The notes under the pieces are model-generated. The model did no database searches. It was not told the DNA's origin and saw only the letters and a program-made list of their open reading frames with translations. From contig JALOMA010000001.1 in assembly GCA_025455735.1 (NCBI GenBank), forward strand, positions 1 through 36,569: DNA of 36,569 nucleotides. The letters run 5' to 3'. The position numbers were made by a program, and so were the translations under genes. The DNA comes from Candidatus Kapaibacterium sp. (GTDB lineage: Bacteria > Bacteroidota > Ignavibacteria > Kapaibacteriales > Kapaibacteriaceae). Shown piece by piece: positions 17,486 through 26,131 of the stretch (position 1 is its first letter; each line of letters begins with the position of its first letter).

Positions 17486-18859
17486 ATGGAATTCCTCTTT
17501 ACGGCATTTGCCTTTGTTGTTCTGATCGGCATTCTTGTCTTTGTCCATGAGCTGGGACATTTCCTGGCTGCCAAATGGACTGGGATGCGGGCCGACGTTT
17601 TTGCCATCGGCATGGGGCCACGTGTTATGGGCTGGAATCCCATCACGGGATTCTCGTTCGGCAAACTCTCCGAGGATGTGGAGTTGGGTGATAAGACCGA
17701 CTATCGCCTCTGCGCTCTACCCATTGGTGGCTATGTGAAAATTGTCGGTATGGTCGACGAGTCGTTGGATACCGAAACCATGGCGTCAGCACCGCAACCA
17801 TGGGAGTTCCGATCGAAGAAAAACTGGCAAAAGGCCATCGTCCTCGTTGCTGGCGTCTTCATGAACATCGTCCTGGCCATCGCCCTCTATGCTGCAATCA
17901 ACATGACGAAGGGTCGCGACGAATTACTCGTTACGACCGTTGGCTACGTCAGTACAACATCCGGTGTCCATGCTGCCGGTATCCGCTCTGGCGACAGAAT
18001 TCTTGCCATTGATGGCCAAACCGTCGAATCTTGGGATGCTATCATCCGACAGCTTCTGTCCACCTCACCCAATCCGCATCGCGTCACCGTCCGACGCCCA
18101 TCCGGGCAGCAAACTGACGTATCGCTGAGCGCCGACGCACTCGTCCAAGGTCTAGCCAGTACCACGCGCGATGTGGGCATGGCTCCTGCCGGCGCCCGCC
18201 TGTCGGCGCAAACGGTCGAGCTAACGAATTCTGCTGGGCGGGCCGATATCAAGCCGGGCGACGCAATATTGGCCATCGACTCCATCGCCGTGGCAAGCCC
18301 ACAGCAAATGATTGGCATCGTACGATCATCTGTCGGGAAGAGCATTCGCCTCCATTTGGAACGCGGAGACAGTACCTTTTTCAAGGATTTGACTGTTGGT
18401 TCCAGTGGTAGAGTGGGCATTGGACTTGCCGTGTCATACGAACATCTACCCACCCGCCACATCGACTACGGTGTAGTGGAAGCCATTTCCAAAGGTACAT
18501 CCGATGCAGTTGGCACGGCTGGTATGATTGCTGGCTCTGTCGTGCAGATGGTTCGCGGCACCGTTTCGGCCAAAGAAAGTATTGGAGGCCCAATCGCCAT
18601 TGCCAAGATGGCTGGTAACGCTATGGAGTCAGGTGTGGACACCTTCCTCATCTTTATGGCCCTCATCAGTGTGTCCTTGGCTGTGATGAATCTGTTGCCC
18701 CTGCCTGGCCTTGACGGCGGCCACCTGGTGTTTGTCCTGGTCGAAACCATCATACGACGTGAAATCTCCACGTCCATCAAGATTCGCGTTCAGCAGATTG
18801 GCATGGCACTGCTGCTTGCCCTCATGGCTTATGTACTCTTTTTGGACCTGACACGCTGA
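17486..18859 (+). CDS. rseP: RIP site-2 zinc metalloprotease RseP
   Basis: The start is at MEFLFTAF. It has HELGHF (HExxH) in TM1, PDZ-like middle regions, and NLLPLPGLDGGH near the C-terminus. It lies downstream of dxr, as in many bacteria. Confidence 0.9.
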   Translation: MEFLFTAFAFVVLIGILVFVHELGHFLAAKWTGMRADVFAIGMGPRVMGWNPITGFSFGKLSEDVELGDKTDYRLCALPIGGYVKIVGMVDESLDTETMASAPQPWEFRSKKNWQKAIVLVAGVFMNIVLAIALYAAINMTKGRDELLVTTVGYVSTTSGVHAAGIRSGDRILAIDGQTVESWDAIIRQLLSTSPNPHRVTVRRPSGQQTDVSLSADALVQGLASTTRDVGMAPAGARLSAQTVELTNSAGRADIKPGDAILAIDSIAVASPQQMIGIVRSSVGKSIRLHLERGDSTFFKDLTVGSSGRVGIGLAVSYEHLPTRHIDYGVVEAISKGTSDAVGTAGMIAGSVVQMVRGTVSAKESIGGPIAIAKMAGNAMESGVDTFLIFMALISVSLAVMNLLPLPGLDGGHLVFVLVETIIRREISTSIKIRVQQIGMALLLALMAYVLFLDLTR

Positions 18860-18861
18860 GT

Positions 18862-19614
18862 ATGCGCATCCTTGTAACGAATGATGACGGCATTGACTCG
18901 CCGGGCATCCTGGCACTTGTTGGTGCCATGCGAACCATCGGCGATGTCGTTGTTGTTGCTCCAGACCGTCAGCAGAGCGCCGTCGGCCATGCCCTTACCG
19001 TGGCATCACCACTCCGCGCTACACCGTTCCACCGCGATGGCACGTTCTTTGGATATGCCATCAATGGAACGCCTGCCGATTGCGTCAAGCTGGGAATCAG
19101 TACCCTTTTGGACGTACAACCAGACCTGGTGGTCAGCGGCATCAACCACGGTTCGAATACCAGCGTCAACGCCATCTACTCCGGCACCGTCAGCGCTGCC
19201 ACAGAAGGAACCCTTATGGGTGTTCCTTCCATGGCCGTTTCTTTGGCTTCGTTTGATCATGCCGCGCCCATGGATCTTGCTGCCGACGTAGCCCTGGAGG
19301 TTGCCCGGCGGCTACCAACAATGCAGCTTCCGCAGGGAACACTCCTGAACGTCAACGTCCCAGCCTGTTCTCGCGAAGCCTTCAGGGGGATCAAACTCAC
19401 ACGGCAGGGCAACAGCGTCTGGAAGGATTCCTACGAACGCCGCCGGGACCCTCAAGGGCGTGAATACTATTGGTTGTCCGGTGAATTTGTAACGCTCGAG
19501 CGTCTTGATGATGCCGACGATCTCGCCGTCGCCGATGGATATGCCGCCATCACACCTATTCACTACGAGCTGACGAATTTTCCCGTGCTGGATCGACTCA
19601 AAACCATGTTCTGA
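18862..19614 (+). CDS. surE: 5'/3'-nucleotidase SurE
   Basis: Motifs present: MRILVTNDDGIDSPGI, SGINHGSN, YSGTVSAA. Confidence 0.93.
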   Translation: MRILVTNDDGIDSPGILALVGAMRTIGDVVVVAPDRQQSAVGHALTVASPLRATPFHRDGTFFGYAINGTPADCVKLGISTLLDVQPDLVVSGINHGSNTSVNAIYSGTVSAATEGTLMGVPSMAVSLASFDHAAPMDLAADVALEVARRLPTMQLPQGTLLNVNVPACSREAFRGIKLTRQGNSVWKDSYERRRDPQGREYYWLSGEFVTLERLDDADDLAVADGYAAITPIHYELTNFPVLDRLKTMF

Positions 19615-19640
19615 CGTTCGGTCGCATATTTGCCGCTATC

Positions 19641-20486
19641 ATGATCGAACGCATCAACGAAGCCCTTCTGCGCGACATCGACGCGCACGCCCGCACGCTC
19701 CTCTGGAAATACCGCATCAAAGGTTTCGGATACGAACGTGCCATCGAGTTGCCCTTGATTGCCTCCCGCCTCCAGAGTCGGTTCGCTGAACGCCTGTCCT
19801 ATCTTGATATTGGCAGTGGCCAGAGCATCTTTCCAACATGGGTGCTCAAACGCTCTGCTTGGGACGTAACCTGCCTGGATAAATTCGAGTGGGTGCGTAT
19901 TCAACGGGAATTCGCCAGCCGCGCAACGGGTGGTGCAGCCGAAACGAACAGGCTGCACATCGTTGAACGGGACTTCCTGGCCACGGAACTGGAACCAGAA
20001 TCGTTTGATATCATCACCAACATCAGCGTCATCGAACACTTCGAAGGCCAGACGGATTCCGAAGCCATGGCCAAAAGTGCGCGTCTGTTAAAACCTGGTG
20101 GACTCTACATCCTAACGACGCCCCTCAACGAAGGTCATCCCAAGGACTGGTACGTCGAGCAGGACGTCTATGGCGAGAAATTCCAACGCAAGCCCGTCTT
20201 CTTTCAACGCCACTACGATGTTGCTTCCTACAACGAGCGTATTGTCAAGGCATCCGGTTTGCAGGAAGTGGAGCGCTTGTATTATGGCGATTATGACGAG
20301 CCATTCTTCAACGACCGTATCGTAGAAAAGCACGGTCTGGCAAAAATCGGACGTACGCTTCTTCAGCTCCGCACCGTTGATCACGCGTTGCGCCATGGCA
20401 GTTATCGGGACGTTCCGGTGTCCATGCCCGGCATGAAGATCTACACCTCTGCAGGCGTCTTCAGCGTTTTCACAAAGATGGCCTGA
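19641..20486 (+). CDS. Class I SAM-dependent methyltransferase (substrate unknown)
   Basis: It has motif I YLDIGSGQS, post-I and motif III-like elements, and LLKPGGLYILTTP. It is not Pcm-like. Its 3' end overlaps the convergent glycosyltransferase by 17 nt. Confidence 0.7.
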   Translation: MIERINEALLRDIDAHARTLLWKYRIKGFGYERAIELPLIASRLQSRFAERLSYLDIGSGQSIFPTWVLKRSAWDVTCLDKFEWVRIQREFASRATGGAAETNRLHIVERDFLATELEPESFDIITNISVIEHFEGQTDSEAMAKSARLLKPGGLYILTTPLNEGHPKDWYVEQDVYGEKFQRKPVFFQRHYDVASYNERIVKASGLQEVERLYYGDYDEPFFNDRIVEKHGLAKIGRTLLQLRTVDHALRHGSYRDVPVSMPGMKIYTSAGVFSVFTKMA

Positions 20487-21495
20487 TACCCATTCGGCTA
20501 TACGCGTCCAACAACCCACGAAATGCATCGGCCGGTGGTCTGGCAAGGGGCCCTGGCTCCCCGGCGCGAATGCGCCGGGCTACCTCGGTGATTGCCGCAG
20601 CAAGGGCGGCTGGATCACCCATGGGCACCAGGATGGTGCCATCTGGACGCGGAACACAATCGCTGCCAATGGCGTAGCGTCCCACCTCCAGCGCTTCCGA
20701 GAGCGTCAAGGAGGCCCCACCTTCAGTACGCGTCGTACGCAACACTCCATGGCTGGCCACGACGGCTGGCAGCAGCGGCCCGTCGAGGGTCACGAAATGC
20801 AAGCGGGGGTCCGCGCTGGCGGCCGTGCGTAGGCGGTCCCACAAGGCGGCGTCAACAACGGTACCAATGGCCAACAGAATGTGAATATCCGAATCGGATA
20901 ACAAGGCCATAGCGTCGATGATGGTATCCAAACCGTAGAGGTCGCGTCCTTCATAGGACACCACGCGTCCGGCATTCGCCACCAGTCGGACCGAGGCCCC
21001 TTGCCAAGCAACGGGAAGGTGGGAAGCCGTGGCCGAGCGCTCTGCGCGGCTAATGGGCAATGCCGACGGAACCACGGCGGCTGTACATGAGGGAAATATC
21101 GCGTGTACGGCAGATGCCGTATCATCGGAAACGGCTATCGTGACGGCAGAGCGAGCCAAGGCCCAACGCAGTATGGTGTGACCCATGCCATCCAGGAAGG
21201 CTGTACGCGGGCGAAAGGAGTGCAACGTTACCACGAAGGGAATGCGGCGAAGGGCGGTCACGACGGCCACCAGGACAATGAGCTTCCAGTTGCCTTCATC
21301 GGCGTGGAGATGGACGGCGTTGGCAGAGAAAACACTGCGGGGGACGCTCCGAAGCAGCGAAGACGCCGAAACTGCCGTGGACGTCCATGACGTTCTGATA
21401 CCAGCTTTTTCCAAGCATTCCACAAGGCGCAACACGTGGATGGCTACGCCTCCATAGGGTGGTGGTGCCGGCGCCAGGAGGAGAAGGTCAGGCAT
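20470..21495 (-). CDS. GT4-family (GT-B fold) glycosyltransferase
   Basis: The start is at MPDLLLLAPAPPPYGGVAIHVLRL, a typical GT4 N-terminus. The C-terminal block is TEGGASLTLSEALEVGRYAIGSD (EX7E-like). The ATG overlaps the upstream gene's stop by 8 nt. Confidence 0.75.
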   Translation of the reverse strand: MPDLLLLAPAPPPYGGVAIHVLRLVECLEKAGIRTSWTSTAVSASSLLRSVPRSVFSANAVHLHADEGNWKLIVLVAVVTALRRIPFVVTLHSFRPRTAFLDGMGHTILRWALARSAVTIAVSDDTASAVHAIFPSCTAAVVPSALPISRAERSATASHLPVAWQGASVRLVANAGRVVSYEGRDLYGLDTIIDAMALLSDSDIHILLAIGTVVDAALWDRLRTAASADPRLHFVTLDGPLLPAVVASHGVLRTTRTEGGASLTLSEALEVGRYAIGSDCVPRPDGTILVPMGDPAALAAAITEVARRIRAGEPGPLARPPADAFRGLLDAYSRMGIRPSL

Positions 21496-22381
21496 TGACA
21501 ATTTGGCTTCGGAAAGACTCCAGCCGTTGTTCGTGAACGAACACAACGTTTTCCATAGCATGGCCTTGGGCAACCGCGCTGGGCAGAAGAGCACCAGCAT
21601 CCGTCAAGGTGAAGGCGTGGTAGCCCATGTCGGCAAGCATTTGTTTGAAGGACGACGTGCTGAATGCACGGGCTTCTTGAAGGGCATCACTCATTTCCAG
21701 GATCAAGGTAGGTGTACATTCAGCCAATGTCCTATGTGCACCACGGATGACTTCCAGCTCGCCACCTTCGACGTCTACTTTGATGATGTCGATCCGACGA
21801 ATACCTTCAGCCTGCACAAAGTCGTCGAGCGTTGTACAAGGAAGTTCCAGAAATCGCTCGGAAACGTTGGTAACTCCAGGTATTGTTGAATGGGTTCCTG
21901 CGTTGTTATTGTCGGCAAGGTAGAGTTTTAGTGTTCCTGTTGATTCGGACACAGCTTGCTCGATAACACGTATGGTCGAGATGCTATTTAGGGCGATATT
22001 GTGCTCGAATCTCGTCAGGTTGTTTCGTTCGGGCTCAAATGCATAAACCTGAACACCTTTTGCAGCCGAGGCAGCAACAAGAGACAGATAGCCCATTTGA
22101 GCGCCGATATCGAAGAATATGCTGCTTGCCGTAAGATTATTCCGAATAAACCGAACTGTGGGTAGCTCGTAGCTCCCAAAAAGAAACAGATGGGCTTGAA
22201 GAAACTCACTTGGGTCAAGAAGCATTGAAATACCGAAAGACAGATGGGTCTTCCGCGGCCTGCCAGGTTTGGGAGCCACGTGACGAAGGTAGACGTCTTG
22301 CAAGATCCTAAACTTGCCACGCTCAAACCAGATACGTCGGCATAGAAATTGCACGAGGATTTCAAGCACGCGCTGAATCAT
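21488..22381 (-). CDS. FkbM-family methyltransferase
   Basis: Motifs present: FFDIGAQMGYLSLVAA, VYAFEPERNNLTRFEHNI, IDIIKVDVEGGELEV. The start is uncertain, with in-frame Met codons at 22381, 22399 and 22417. The 5' two-thirds is visibly AT-richer than its neighbours. Confidence 0.75.
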   Translation of the reverse strand: MIQRVLEILVQFLCRRIWFERGKFRILQDVYLRHVAPKPGRPRKTHLSFGISMLLDPSEFLQAHLFLFGSYELPTVRFIRNNLTASSIFFDIGAQMGYLSLVAASAAKGVQVYAFEPERNNLTRFEHNIALNSISTIRVIEQAVSESTGTLKLYLADNNNAGTHSTIPGVTNVSERFLELPCTTLDDFVQAEGIRRIDIIKVDVEGGELEVIRGAHRTLAECTPTLILEMSDALQEARAFSTSSFKQMLADMGYHAFTLTDAGALLPSAVAQGHAMENVVFVHEQRLESFRSQIVNA

Positions 22382-22397
22382 AACAGAGATATTGACC

Positions 22398-24551
22398 ATG
22401 AATCTTCCACATGCCAAAGTGGCTTACCAAGTAGGTAGTAGGTGTGCACACCATGTGATGGGCGCAATAATAGGACTTCTAGCGCTATTGGGGGTTGATT
22501 GCCACGCCCAACAGTGGGAGCTGACGGATTCCTTGGACATTGGACGCCACCACTTTGGTGCGTGTGACGTTGGAAATGGCCAGATTCTCGTCTTTGGTGG
22601 CTACACACGAGGTGATCGTATCCTGGGTGGAATACCAACATCGCGGTGCGAGATCATTGACGCTGTGACGGGTAAGGTACGTCGGACGGGGTCCATGTAC
22701 GAGCCGCGTGCGGTGATGGGCGTCCTGCAGGACGACCGTAAGAATGTGTATGCAATCGGAGGTATGGGTCCGGATTCGGCCAGCAGCATCGTCGAGCGGT
22801 TCAATGCCGTTACGCAACGTTGGGAATACCTTGGCAACCTACGCAAGCCGCGGTGGCAGCATGCCGTAGCGTGGTTGGACAGCCGCAGGATTCTGGTTGT
22901 TGGTGGGTGGCTGGAACGCTCCGCTGAGATTTTTCATCTGGAAACGGGCGAAAGTGAATTCGTTGCAGATTTTGTGGCACCAGCCAACTCGATGCGTGGG
23001 ATCAGCCGCCGAAGTGGGGCTCCGGTATTTTTTGGATATCGTACGTCCGGAGGTTCGAGTGGTTCAGGTGACAGGAGCGAAGCAGCGTACGTCTATGATG
23101 AGGCGAATGGCACCTGGCAATCAACCATTCAGTTTCCGAATGCTCCGGTATCGCCGGAGGTACTCTTGTCGCGCACGGGATACTCCGTAGTGATTGGCGG
23201 CGCCGTTAAGGAAGAACCGTTTGTGGCGGCAAGGGGAGTGTCCGTGCTTACGGATAATACTGCTGGATTTGTTCGCGAGATCGCACAGTTGCTGGAAGGG
23301 CGCCAGCATCACGGCGTGGCCGAATATGTGCCTGGGTCCATCGTTATCGCTGGTGGCATTACTGACGATACCAGGCCGCTCTCTTCTACGGAATGGTTCG
23401 ATATCGAACAGCGTCTCGTGCGTCCTGGCATGCCGATGCACTTTCCACGTTGTTTCTTCCGTGTCGTGGCGGTTGCCGTACAGAATGAGACGTATGTCTT
23501 TGCGATTTCGGGACTCACCAGCTCTTTTCGGACAACAGCATCCGTCGAGCGAATTGCCACATGCCGTTCTATTGATATCCTTCGGGGAAGCGGAGGGCAG
23601 GTGCAGATGACCGGTCTTGCTCGCTGGAGCGGTGATGCCGTACGCCTATGCGATGCCGAACCAATGGGTGCTGGCGCCATGTGGTTGGAGAAGCGGGGGT
23701 TCCTTGGCAATGCGTTTTCGCACGAGATTATTGCGCGGTATTCCAATGGCAATGATTTTGACGAACCTGACGGATCCACCCCTGGTGCCGATGGACTTTG
23801 TTTTGTGATTCAAACGCAAGGCGGCGATGCCCTTGGCGTTCCAGGCCGCGGTATCGGTTATTGGGGAATTCAGGATGCCATAGCTATCGAACATGACATT
23901 TACATGAATCCTGCATCGAATGATCCCAATGGAAATCACCTGGGCCTCCAAATCGGCGAGACAGGAAAGCCTGTGGAGTCGACGCATGAACTCGATAAAC
24001 CCAATCGGATATCGTTCAATATTCCCACCGTCAAGGCCGATGGATCGCCCTTTGCAGTACGGTACGAGCTGCGTGACCGCCGATTGCGTGTCTGGATGAC
24101 TCAGCAGGGCCCTCTCGGCGAACCCTCGTTGGATGTTGCCGACGTTAGTGTTGACTCGATCCTGAATCTCAGCGAACAGTCAAGGTATTGGGTGGGGTTT
24201 ACGGCTGCCACGGGAAAAAGTGTATCCTCGACGGACATTCTACGATGGACCGAAAACCCCTGTGTCGATCCGCAGGACTTACCCGTAAGCGTTATCCATA
24301 ACGAGGGACCGGGAAAGGAACGGATGCTTGTTCGGAGAAAGGAGCGTGACTCCTGGACCATTGAAGTTCAACCACTAACATTCGATCGTAGCATCCTTGT
24401 GTACGATATCCGTGGGGCATCTACCGCCGAAATCACCGTTGCCGCAGGCGTCGACACGGTGATCTGGTCTTCGGATCTTCTCCAAGCCGGTAGCTATGTC
24501 GTGCATGATGTTGCACTTGGCCACAGTGCCCTTATTGGCGTTCTGCGCTAA
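22398..24551 (+). CDS. Secreted Kelch-repeat beta-propeller + L-type (legume-like) lectin domain protein with a T9SS C-terminal sorting domain
   Basis: A signal-like segment (GAIIGLLALLGVDCHAQQ) is present. Kelch-like blades are visible (RHHFGACDVGNGQILVFGGY, EPRAVMGVLQDDRKNVYAIGGM, KPRWQHAVAWLDSRRILVVGGW). The lectin blocks are GADGLCFVIQTQG, IAIEHDIYMN..DPNGNHLGLQ and YWVGFTAATG. The C-terminus (ILVYDIRGA...LLQAGSYVV...IGVLR) resembles a type A Por/T9SS CTD. The start is uncertain, with candidates at 22392 TTG, 22398 ATG and 22458 ATG. Confidence 0.75.
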   Translation: MNLPHAKVAYQVGSRCAHHVMGAIIGLLALLGVDCHAQQWELTDSLDIGRHHFGACDVGNGQILVFGGYTRGDRILGGIPTSRCEIIDAVTGKVRRTGSMYEPRAVMGVLQDDRKNVYAIGGMGPDSASSIVERFNAVTQRWEYLGNLRKPRWQHAVAWLDSRRILVVGGWLERSAEIFHLETGESEFVADFVAPANSMRGISRRSGAPVFFGYRTSGGSSGSGDRSEAAYVYDEANGTWQSTIQFPNAPVSPEVLLSRTGYSVVIGGAVKEEPFVAARGVSVLTDNTAGFVREIAQLLEGRQHHGVAEYVPGSIVIAGGITDDTRPLSSTEWFDIEQRLVRPGMPMHFPRCFFRVVAVAVQNETYVFAISGLTSSFRTTASVERIATCRSIDILRGSGGQVQMTGLARWSGDAVRLCDAEPMGAGAMWLEKRGFLGNAFSHEIIARYSNGNDFDEPDGSTPGADGLCFVIQTQGGDALGVPGRGIGYWGIQDAIAIEHDIYMNPASNDPNGNHLGLQIGETGKPVESTHELDKPNRISFNIPTVKADGSPFAVRYELRDRRLRVWMTQQGPLGEPSLDVADVSVDSILNLSEQSRYWVGFTAATGKSVSSTDILRWTENPCVDPQDLPVSVIHNEGPGKERMLVRRKERDSWTIEVQPLTFDRSILVYDIRGASTAEITVAAGVDTVIWSSDLLQAGSYVVHDVALGHSALIGVLR

Positions 24552-25528
24552 GGCCAACCAAATGCGCCGGCCAATACGGGCAAGGTAAACAACGATACAA
24601 CCGTGGACACGACGATGGCCTCGGCGAGTAACGCTTCGTCCAGGCCATACTTCTGTGCGAACACCATGGTCAGCATCATCGTCGGCATCCCGGCTTCCAA
24701 CAGGATGGCCGTCGCCAGCCTTGGCTCGGGGCCGATAGCCAAGAGCAGGGCAAATGCCAGAAGGGGAGAGACCAGAAGCTTGATAACCAATGCTGGCCCC
24801 AAGAGGGGAACAAACCGCCAGCGAATCGGGCGCAATGCCAATCCAATGCTGACCATCATTAACGGCGCAACACACCGGCCGAGAATCTCTGCCGCCTGCA
24901 CGAGTACCTGCGGAATCTCTACCGAGACAACCTGTGCACACAATCCCGCTACCGCCCCTATGAACGGTGGTAGCCGCACCAGGTGCCCAATGCCGTCTCG
25001 CCAACCATGACGGTCCGTACGCGTGCCATACCGAACACCTACCATTGCCCCCACGGAAAACAATAACGGAGACATCCCAGCCATGTCGAACAACAACGGT
25101 ACCTGTGACAAATCCTGTCCGAGTGAAGCTGTAACAATTGGCAGTCCCAAATAGGTCGCATTGCACCAAACACTCGCAAGAATTACGGAACCACGCTGAG
25201 AATCGGACAATAAATTCGTACGAAATACTCGGTACGTAATGATAGCACAGAAAAGTGCCCCTAATGCTGTCAAAACACTTACCAAGGGGACTTGCCAGAG
25301 CCTGCTGTCGAGCGGTGTTTTGTACAGTGCCAGGAATGACAAGGCAGGTAAGAAAACATTCATCACCAAAGCCCCGATAACACTACGTACGTATGATGCG
25401 TCCATCGTGGTGACGAAACGTCGAAAAAGCACACCAATGGCAATAATTATGAGCAATGGGGCGATAATTGTAAGCACAGTAGTTGGACGTTCGAAATAAG
25501 TAACAAATGTGGGGGTATTGTACGCCAT
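24548..25528 (-). CDS. AEC (auxin efflux carrier) family transporter
   Basis: It is a polytopic membrane protein of about 10 TM segments, with an AEC-like N-terminus (IIAPLLIIIAIGVLFRRF) and C-terminal half (LEAGMPTMMLTMVFAQKYGLD). The start is set at MAYNTPTF. It overlaps the convergent gene by 4 nt. Confidence 0.75.
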   Translation of the reverse strand: MAYNTPTFVTYFERPTTVLTIIAPLLIIIAIGVLFRRFVTTMDASYVRSVIGALVMNVFLPALSFLALYKTPLDSRLWQVPLVSVLTALGALFCAIITYRVFRTNLLSDSQRGSVILASVWCNATYLGLPIVTASLGQDLSQVPLLFDMAGMSPLLFSVGAMVGVRYGTRTDRHGWRDGIGHLVRLPPFIGAVAGLCAQVVSVEIPQVLVQAAEILGRCVAPLMMVSIGLALRPIRWRFVPLLGPALVIKLLVSPLLAFALLLAIGPEPRLATAILLEAGMPTMMLTMVFAQKYGLDEALLAEAIVVSTVVSLFTLPVLAGAFGWP

Positions 25529-25584
25529 CCTGCACGGCTTAACCTGCAGTTTTGAGCGTGGTAACAACCAAGACACCAGAAGCT

Positions 25585-26130
25585 ATGAAACGTTCAGCCG
25601 TCATTGTCACAGCATCGGTCGCCGAGTTTTCTCCAGAGATGGTGGCCGACCTATCACCCTTCATTGACGTTGTTGACGTGGTGACTCCGAAGGACCAACA
25701 GTGGGCTGTGACGCGCTATCGTCCGGATATGGTAATCGTACTTAGCCCGTCCGACACGACGGGTGCCGTTCGCGAACCCGACGTTGCCTTTGGCGTGATG
25801 CGGCCCATCGGCATTCCGGTACCTACGGGCATGGAAATCCGTCTGTCCACGGAAATCGTCTGCCTTTGTGGCGACAACGGCTACGTCCGAATCCACACCG
25901 TCAAGGGGGAGACGCTTATTATGACGCGCAGCATTGGCGAATGCGAAGAGATATTTACTCCGGAAAAGGGTTTCCTGCGTGTTCACCGCAGCACCATCGT
26001 CAACATGCAGTGTATCCGGGCCGTCCATCGCGGTAATATGCCCTCGGTACGGCTTTCGAATGGACTTTCCGTTGACGTCTCCGAGAAGTACAAGGAACGG
26101 TTCATGACGGCCCTGACCTCGGTTCGATAA
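25585..26130 (+). CDS. LytTR-domain DNA-binding regulator with a short, degenerate receiver-like N-domain
   Basis: The C-terminal LytTR pattern is EIVCLCGDNGYVRIHTVKGETLIMTRSIGECEEIF..GFLRVHRSTIVNMQCI...VSEKYKERF. The N-terminal ~85 aa resemble a receiver, but the acidic pocket is not conserved (SAVIVTASV, PDMVIVLSPSD). Confidence 0.75.
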   Translation: MKRSAVIVTASVAEFSPEMVADLSPFIDVVDVVTPKDQQWAVTRYRPDMVIVLSPSDTTGAVREPDVAFGVMRPIGIPVPTGMEIRLSTEIVCLCGDNGYVRIHTVKGETLIMTRSIGECEEIFTPEKGFLRVHRSTIVNMQCIRAVHRGNMPSVRLSNGLSVDVSEKYKERFMTALTSVR

Positions 26131-26131
26131 C

